From: Bdellovibrionota bacterium
Lineage (GTDB): Bacteria; Bdellovibrionota_G; JALEGL01; DATDPG01
Assembly: GCA_963668355.1 (NCBI GenBank)
Contig: OY764265.1
Coordinates: forward strand, 1,792,001-1,856,000
Reading direction: 5' to 3'
Length of the DNA stretch: 64,000 nt
Below the pieces are notes generated by a model. It had not been told where the DNA came from. It saw nothing but the letters and a program-made list of their open reading frames with translations, and did not search any database. Positions 58,001 through 64,000 of this stretch are shown here, in pieces (positions within the stretch are counted from its first letter, which is position 1; each line of letters begins with the position of its first letter). Position numbers and translations under genes: made by a program.

Positions 58001-59674
58001 ATGAAACTAGTTGAGTGTGTTCCGAATTTTAGTGAGGGTCGGGATCGATCCATCATTGATCAAATTGCGCGTGAGGTTGAAGAAACGGACGGAGTAAAGC
58101 TTCTAGACGTGGATCCGGGTGCAGATACCAATCGAACCGTGGTTACGTTTATTGGAGCGCCGGAGCTGGTTAAAGAGGCTGCGTTCAAATGCATTCAGAA
58201 AGCGGCCCAACTCATTGATATGAGAAAACACTCTGGGGCTCATGCTCGGCATGGGGCCACGGACGTTTGCCCTTTTGTTCCGGTGTGTGGCGTGACGATG
58301 GAAGACTGCGTGCAGATCGCCAAAGAGGTGGGCGAACGGGTTGGCCGTGAACTTGAGATTCCGATTTACCTTTACGAAAACGCGGCCACACGCCCCGAGC
58401 GGGTCAATCTCGCGGAGGTTCGTAAGGGAGAATATGAAGCCCTGGAAGAGAAGTTGAAAAAACCAGAGTGGAAACCGGACTTCGGTCCAGCCATTTTTAA
58501 TGCCAAGGCAGGTGCGACAAATATTAGCGCTCGGGAGTTTCTCATTGCCTATAACATCAACCTAAATACCAAAGATGCGAAACTGGCCAAAAAAGTGGCC
58601 TTTGGCCTTCGAGAGCAGGGGCGAATCAAAAGGAATGACCAGGGAAAATTCGTTCGGGATGAGCAGGGCAATCCGGTTTACGAACCCGGAAAGTTCAAGG
58701 GCGTGAAAGCCACAGGTTGGTATATTGATGAGTATGGTCAAGCGCAGATCACCATGAACATCACCAACTATAAGGTCGCTCCTTTTCATGAAATCTATGA
58801 AGAGGCTCGAAAGGACGCGGCGACGCTTGGTTTGACCGTTACGGGAAGCGAACTTGTGGGACTTCTCCCGAAAGAGCCCATGCTTTTGGCTGCGGATTAT
58901 TATCTCGCCAAGCAAGGCAAGCATTCGGGGATTCCCGAGAAAGACCGAATTCACATCGCCATCAAGTCCATGGGCTTGGAAGACATTTCTCCCTTTGACC
59001 CTCGCAAAAAAATCATTGAATACGCCTTCCAAAACGATGATGGAAAATTGGTGGGAATGAATCTGCGGAATTTCACGGACGAGCTGTCCAGCGATTCGCC
59101 CGCTCCGGGAGGTGGCAGCGTCGCGGCACTGGCCGGCGCCCAAGCGGCAGGGCTGGTGGCCATGGTCGGAAATCTTTCCCATGGAAAGAAAGCCTATCAA
59201 GCGTCCTGGGATGACTTGGCCAAGGCATCTGAGCGGGCTCAAACCCTGAAAGATCAATTCTTATCGGCCATCGATGAAGATACAGATGCCTTCAACGGAG
59301 TCATGGCCTGTTTTCGTCTTCCCAAGAATACTGAGGAAGAAAAGGTGGCTCGGGACGAGGCCATTCAGGAGGCCACCAAGGAGGCCACGCGGGTCCCTTT
59401 ACGCGTTTTAAAGATGCTTCCAGAGGTGTTGGATCTGGCCGCCCTGATGGCCAAGAAGGGGAATGAGAATTCCTTGAGCGATGCAGGCGTCGCCATGTCC
59501 ATGTCCAGATCGGCGGCGGAAGGCGCTTACATGAATGTCTTGATAAATCTTAAAGATATCAATGACATGGAGTTTGTTCAGTCCACAAAGGCCGAAGCGG
59601 AGGCGACGCTCCTTCAGGTTCGGGAAACCACGGACCGGGACCTGGATCCATTGTTGAAGGCTTTAAAATCATAG
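58001..59674 (+). CDS. ftcd: Bifunctional glutamate formimidoyltransferase / cyclodeaminase
   Basis: ECVPNFSEGR and GAH.R.GATDVCPF motifs; C-domain SPAPGGGS. Confidence 0.95.
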   Translation: MKLVECVPNFSEGRDRSIIDQIAREVEETDGVKLLDVDPGADTNRTVVTFIGAPELVKEAAFKCIQKAAQLIDMRKHSGAHARHGATDVCPFVPVCGVTMEDCVQIAKEVGERVGRELEIPIYLYENAATRPERVNLAEVRKGEYEALEEKLKKPEWKPDFGPAIFNAKAGATNISAREFLIAYNINLNTKDAKLAKKVAFGLREQGRIKRNDQGKFVRDEQGNPVYEPGKFKGVKATGWYIDEYGQAQITMNITNYKVAPFHEIYEEARKDAATLGLTVTGSELVGLLPKEPMLLAADYYLAKQGKHSGIPEKDRIHIAIKSMGLEDISPFDPRKKIIEYAFQNDDGKLVGMNLRNFTDELSSDSPAPGGGSVAALAGAQAAGLVAMVGNLSHGKKAYQASWDDLAKASERAQTLKDQFLSAIDEDTDAFNGVMACFRLPKNTEEEKVARDEAIQEATKEATRVPLRVLKMLPEVLDLAALMAKKGNENSLSDAGVAMSMSRSAAEGAYMNVLINLKDINDMEFVQSTKAEAEATLLQVRETTDRDLDPLLKALKS

Positions 59675-59732
59675 GAAATAAGGGACGGGACCGCTTTGGC
59701 CCAAAAAACCTGGATTTAAGGGAGAATCGTGC

Positions 59733-59761
59733 TTGACAGTCTGCCTCTATCCCTTTAGAAG
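59733..59761 (+). promoter_or_regulatory. Putative sigma-70 promoter of rplM-rpsI
   Basis: TTGACA-N17-TAGAAG. Confidence 0.55.
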
Positions 59762-59787
59762 TACGCGTCTTTTTTAAGGAAAAAATC

Positions 59788-60228
59788 ATGCGAACCAAGA
59801 CGTATTCACAGCGAAAAGAAGATGTCCAGCAGGGTTGGCGGATTGTTGATGCAGACGGCAAAGTATTGGGCCGTTTGGCAACAAGGGTCGCAACTTCTCT
59901 GCGTGGCAAAGATAAACCCACATTTACGCCTCATGTTGACGGTGGCGACTTTGTTGTTGTTGTAAACGCGGACAAAGTAAAGATGACCGGAACCAAATTG
60001 GAAAAGAAAGTCTATTATCGTCACACGGGATGGCGCGGTGGTTTGAAAGAGAAAACCGCCGAGAAGATGGTTCAGGAGAAACCGGAAGAGGTTATCCGAA
60101 AGGCGGTCTACGGAATGTTGCCCAAAGGTCCTTTGGGAAGACAGATGTTGACGAAACTAAAAATCTATTCGGGTGCTGAGCATCCTCATTCGGCGCAGCA
60201 ACCGAAACCTCTCGAAGGAATTGCATAA
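59788..60228 (+). CDS. rplM: 50S ribosomal protein L13
   Basis: [23 protein letters not shown] and HPH motifs. Confidence 0.98.
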   Translation: MRTKTYSQRKEDVQQGWRIVDADGKVLGRLATRVATSLRGKDKPTFTPHVDGGDFVVVVNADKVKMTGTKLEKKVYYRHTGWRGGLKEKTAEKMVQEKPEEVIRKAVYGMLPKGPLGRQMLTKLKIYSGAEHPHSAQQPKPLEGIA

Positions 60229-60242
60229 AGGGAATCGTTTTC

Positions 60243-60641
60243 ATGGCAAAGTTACAGTACAAATATACCGGGGTTGGCAAACGCAAGACGGCGGTTGCAC
60301 GTGTTTATATGAATCCTGGCGAAGGAAAGTTTGTCGTCAATAAGCGAGCCTTGGAAGAGTATTTTTCGACCAAAGCGCTTCAAACGACGGTTCAGGAAGC
60401 TTTTGAATTGACAGGAACCACGGGAAAGTTCGACGTAAATGTCCGAGTGATCGGTGGTGGCGTGTCTGGGCAGGCACAGGCTGTGCGACACGCAATTTCT
60501 CATGCCCTATTGGAGGTTGAAGATGAGAACCGTTCGAAATTGAAGAGTGCTGGGTTGATCACTCGGGACGCTCGAAAGAAAGAACGCAAGAAATATGGAC
60601 AACCTGGAGCTAGAAAGCGCTTCCAATACTCGAAGCGATAA
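60243..60641 (+). CDS. rpsI: 30S ribosomal protein S9
   Basis: GKRKTAVARV, GGG.SGQ and ERKKYG…ARKRFQYSKR motifs. Confidence 0.98.
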   Translation: MAKLQYKYTGVGKRKTAVARVYMNPGEGKFVVNKRALEEYFSTKALQTTVQEAFELTGTTGKFDVNVRVIGGGVSGQAQAVRHAISHALLEVEDENRSKLKSAGLITRDARKKERKKYGQPGARKRFQYSKR

Positions 60642-60668
60642 TTCATTCTCCAGAAAAGAAAATTTTGG

Positions 60669-60697
60669 AAAAAAGGGGCTTAAAGAGCCCCTTTTTT
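60669..60697 (+). terminator. Intrinsic terminator after rpsI
   Basis: AAAAAAGGGGCT-TAAAG-AGCCCCTTTTTT. Confidence 0.85.
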
Positions 60698-60749
60698 CTT
60701 GGTATTTTCTTAATTTCAACAATCCAAGATAGAAGGATGTAGGGGACTT

Positions 60750-62351
60750 ATGAAGCAGCCTAAATTTATTTTCGTAACGGGCGGAGTTGTTTCATCTTTA
60801 GGCAAAGGAGTCGCTGCTTCTTCCTTGGGTGCACTTTTGGAAACACGTGGTTTGAATGTTCGGATGCAAAAATTGGATCCCTACATCAACGTGGATCCGG
60901 GAACAATGTCTCCCTTTCAACATGGCGAAGTTTTTGTAACCGAAGATGGCGCCGAAACGGATCTGGATTTGGGGCATTACGAACGTTTCACGCATTCTAC
61001 GATTACCAAGGCCAGCAATTTTACAACCGGCCAAATTTACGATCGGGTCATTTCAAAAGAACGCCGAGGAGACTATCTGGGGGCCACCGTTCAGGTGATC
61101 CCTCATATTACGGATGAGATGAAGATGCTCATCCGTGAAAATGCCGATGGGGCCGATGTTGCGATCATCGAAGTCGGGGGTACGGTAGGAGACATTGAGA
61201 GTCTTCCCTTTTTGGAGGCCATTCGTCAGTTTCGTTCGGATGTGGGAAGGGAAAATGTTCTTTATGTTCATCTGACCTTGGTTCCCTATTTGACGACTGC
61301 GGGAGAACTCAAGACCAAACCCACGCAACATTCAGTAAAAGCTCTTCAGCAAATTGGAATTCAACCGGATATTCTGTTGTGTCGAACCGAAGGCGATTTG
61401 CCTCAAGACATCAAGAAAAAGATCGCTCTGTTTTGCAATGTTCCCCCCGAAGCTGTGATCACTGTAAGAAATGTGGATACGCTATATGAAGTTCCTGTCT
61501 TGCTGAATCGCGAGGGCCTGGATGAGAAGATGGTGGAGTATCTCAATATGTGGACCCGCCAGCCAGACTTATCTACGTGGAAAAAGCTCGTACATCGAGT
61601 TCGAAATCCAAAACATGAAGTGACCATTGCTGTGGTTGGAAAATATGTGGATTTAAAGGATTCCTACAAAAGTTTGAATTCTGCTTTGGCTCATGGGGGA
61701 ATTGCCAATGAGGCGAAAGTCGTACTCAAGCATGTGGACTCCGAAGAGCTTGAGAAGAAGGGGGCGGAAAAAGAACTTTCAGGAGTAGACGGAATCCTGG
61801 TGCCCGGAGGTTTTGGAATTCGAGGCGTTGAAGGAAAAATTTCGGCCATCCGTTTTGCGCGAGAAAAGAAGATTCCTTTTTTCGGGATTTGTTTGGGAAT
61901 GCAATGTGCGGTCATCGAAGTGGCCCGCTCTCTTTGTGATCTAAAGAAAGCCAACTCCTTGGAGTTTGAACCAGAAACCGAGGAACCGGTTATCAGTCTC
62001 ATGGAAGAGCAAAAAAAGGTGAGCGACATGGGAGGAACCATGAGATTGGGTGCCTATCCTTGTGAAATTGCAGAAGGTTCCAGGGCCCATCAGATTTACC
62101 GAACCCAGGAAATTCAAGAAAGACATCGACATCGATTTGAAGTGAACAACGATTACCGGAAGCTTCTTCATCAGGCTGGCTTGGTTTCGACTGGGCTCCA
62201 TAAAGGTTTGGATCTGGTTGAAATTGTGGAGTTGGAGGATCACCCTTGGTTTTTGGGCTGTCAATTCCACCCGGAATTTCAGTCAAAACCCTCCTCTCCT
62301 CACCCTCTTTTTAAGAGCTTTATTGGCGCGGCTTTGAGCGGCAAAAAGTAA
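60750..62351 (+). CDS. pyrG: CTP synthase
   Basis: [37 protein letters not shown] and QFHPEF motifs. Confidence 0.98.
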   Translation: MKQPKFIFVTGGVVSSLGKGVAASSLGALLETRGLNVRMQKLDPYINVDPGTMSPFQHGEVFVTEDGAETDLDLGHYERFTHSTITKASNFTTGQIYDRVISKERRGDYLGATVQVIPHITDEMKMLIRENADGADVAIIEVGGTVGDIESLPFLEAIRQFRSDVGRENVLYVHLTLVPYLTTAGELKTKPTQHSVKALQQIGIQPDILLCRTEGDLPQDIKKKIALFCNVPPEAVITVRNVDTLYEVPVLLNREGLDEKMVEYLNMWTRQPDLSTWKKLVHRVRNPKHEVTIAVVGKYVDLKDSYKSLNSALAHGGIANEAKVVLKHVDSEELEKKGAEKELSGVDGILVPGGFGIRGVEGKISAIRFAREKKIPFFGICLGMQCAVIEVARSLCDLKKANSLEFEPETEEPVISLMEEQKKVSDMGGTMRLGAYPCEIAEGSRAHQIYRTQEIQERHRHRFEVNNDYRKLLHQAGLVSTGLHKGLDLVEIVELEDHPWFLGCQFHPEFQSKPSSPHPLFKSFIGAALSGKK

Positions 62352-62364
62352 CCCAGGGGCCCCA

Positions 62365-62393
62365 TTGAGAAATTGAGACCCTTCTGGTAGAAG
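62365..62393 (+). promoter_or_regulatory. Putative promoter of hpnH (probably leaderless)
   Basis: TTGAGA-N17-TAGAAG with extended TG; ATG lies 6 nt later. Confidence 0.45.
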
Positions 62394-62399
62394 GCGCGG

Positions 62400-63416
62400 A
62401 TGCCTGTACCTTTTAAGCAAGTCGTAAAAGTCGGTGGTTATGTCATGAAGCAGAAGTTCAAGGGGAACAAACGCTTTCCTCTGGTTCTGATGTTGGAGCC
62501 ACTATTTCGATGCAATTTAGCCTGCACGGGTTGTGGAAAAATTCAGCATCCAACAGATATTTTGAAGAAGAATCTTTCTCCCGAAGATTGTTTTTCAGCA
62601 GTGGAGGAATGTGGCGCTCCAGTTGTGTCCATCGCGGGAGGAGAGCCTCTTCTTCATCCCGAAATTGACAAGATTGCCAACGGATTGGTGTTTCGAAAGA
62701 AGTTTGTCTACTTGTGTACGAACGCCCTTTTATTGGAAAAGAATCTCCATAAGTTTACGCCTTCGGTTTATCTGACGTTCAGTGTTCATGTGGATGGAAT
62801 GGAAGAAAAGCATGATCAGATTGTGTGTCAGAAGGGTGTATGGAAAAAAGCCGTTTCGGCTATAAAAGCTGCAAAAGACAAAGGTTTTCGTGTGACGACG
62901 AACTCCACCATTTTTAAGGATGAGTCTCCGGAAGAAGTGGCGGAGTTGTTCGATTTCTTAACGGAGCTTGGGGTGGATGGAATCACGCTCTCTCCTGGCT
63001 ATGAATATGAGAAAGCTCCCGACAAGGATTTGTTTTTGGCCCGTGAACAGACTAAGAAATTCTTTTCTGACCTTTTCGCCATCGGCCGAACGCGAAAACG
63101 ATCCTGGCCTTACAATCATTCTCCGTTCTATCTAGATTTTCTCGAAGGCAAGGTGGATTACGAATGTACGCCTTGGGGGAATCCAAATTATTCCGTTCTG
63201 GGCTGGCAAAAGCCTTGCTACCTTTTGGAAGAAGGATATGCCAAATCTTTTGATGGACTCATGAAAGAGACGGCTTGGGAGAATTACGGCCGCGCAAGCG
63301 GAAATCCCAAATGTGCCAACTGCATGGCCCACTGTGGGTATGAACCTTCCGCCGTGGAAGATTCTTCCCGGAATGTGAAAAATACGATTCGATCGATCAG
63401 ATCAGTGATCGGATAG
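62400..63416 (+). CDS. hpnH: Adenosyl-hopene transferase (radical SAM)
   Basis: [42 protein letters not shown] and CMAHCGYE motifs. Confidence 0.95.
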   Translation: MPVPFKQVVKVGGYVMKQKFKGNKRFPLVLMLEPLFRCNLACTGCGKIQHPTDILKKNLSPEDCFSAVEECGAPVVSIAGGEPLLHPEIDKIANGLVFRKKFVYLCTNALLLEKNLHKFTPSVYLTFSVHVDGMEEKHDQIVCQKGVWKKAVSAIKAAKDKGFRVTTNSTIFKDESPEEVAELFDFLTELGVDGITLSPGYEYEKAPDKDLFLAREQTKKFFSDLFAIGRTRKRSWPYNHSPFYLDFLEGKVDYECTPWGNPNYSVLGWQKPCYLLEEGYAKSFDGLMKETAWENYGRASGNPKCANCMAHCGYEPSAVEDSSRNVKNTIRSIRSVIG

Positions 63417-64000
63417 TTTGCTTCCATCTCGTTCGATTAAATAAAAGAACTTTTGATTCCCCGACAACCAAGATGTGTAGGGCTCTTGGTCAAGAATCTT
63501 TGCATGAGGCAAGGGTGAAAAGGAAAGAGCGTACTCACCCGAAATATGAGGGAATAGTCTCTTTGTGTACGGAAGCTCAAAATTCTCGGGTTTTTTAAAC
63601 GGACCTAGTTTGGCCAACTGTGGTGAGTGCCAACCATTCCACTCAAGACCTCCTTCGATATCAGATACGGCAACCCCTGCGTTTAAGGCTCGGTTTCCAA
63701 GTGTCCATCGGGCTTGATTCCAGGAAAGCCAATCGTGCATCAGAGCTGTTGAAACGATGGCCCAGGTGAACAGCAGTGTTTTGCAAAGTCTCTTTTGAAA
63801 TGGTTTTGTGGAAATGGCTTTGGCCATCAAAGCCAGAAAACCGGGAAAGAGAATCAACAGGTATCGATCAAACCAGTACGGCGCAAAAAAGAAGACCATG
63901 AGATGAAGCCCGCAAAATATGTATAAGGGGTGTTTCCCTTGGTGGCCTTTCAAGAGCATTTTACCTCGAGAGAACATGCCACAGACTCCAAACGTCGCCA
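63402..64000 (-). CDS. Membrane protein, probably GT-C (ArnT/PMT-like) glycosyltransferase C-terminus (truncated by the window)
   Basis: Frame is open to the window end. FDRYLL..FP motif, TMs, then a soluble I.GG.EW domain. Confidence 0.55.
   Translation of the reverse strand, partial: ATFGVCGMFSRGKMLLKGHQGKHPLYIFCGLHLMVFFFAPYWFDRYLLILFPGFLALMAKAISTKPFQKRLCKTLLFTWAIVSTALMHDWLSWNQARWTLGNRALNAGVAVSDIEGGLEWNGWHSPQLAKLGPFKKPENFELPYTKRLFPHISGEYALSFSPLPHAKILDQEPYTSWLSGNQKFFYLIERDGSKLSDH

Noticed and set aside
56548..59257. Long antisense ORFs (312 aa and 231 aa)
   Set aside because: Shadows of hutI and ftcd with no motifs.

Overview
Gene-dense bacterial chromosomal segment of about 65 CDS and one tRNA-Pro(TGG). 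No rRNA, CRISPR array, prophage or integrase is visible. Gene content (FHA-domain sigma-54 activators, Hanks-type kinase, PilZ, orphan pilin, tolQRAB, GerMN, RAYT, hpnH) suggests a Gram-negative 'deltaproteobacterial' organism (Bdellovibrionota/Myxococcota-like); this is inference only. Housekeeping blocks: polysaccharide genes, IOR plus ADP-forming acyl-CoA ligase, amidase-rph-rdgB, nadE-nadK-recO-mazG, tol, ftsEX-envC-ctpA, xseB-ispA-tlyA, hutU-hutI-ftcd, rplM-rpsI, pyrG and hpnH. The most notable signal is a possible phospho-Thr to sigma-54 circuit. (1) A membrane Ser/Thr kinase whose C-terminal domain looks like a catalytically degenerate RelE/ParE toxin fold. (2) A nearby double-FHA sigma-54 activator flanked by two HU-like paralogs, and a second FHA activator. 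(3) Five candidate sigma-54 promoters: one in front of an orphan, structured ~210-nt intergenic RNA candidate, two in front of related Ca-binding lipoproteins, one in front of a 60-aa ORF, and one in front of a REP-flanked tyrosine transposase. All calls come from reading the sequence by eye; no database searches were run.
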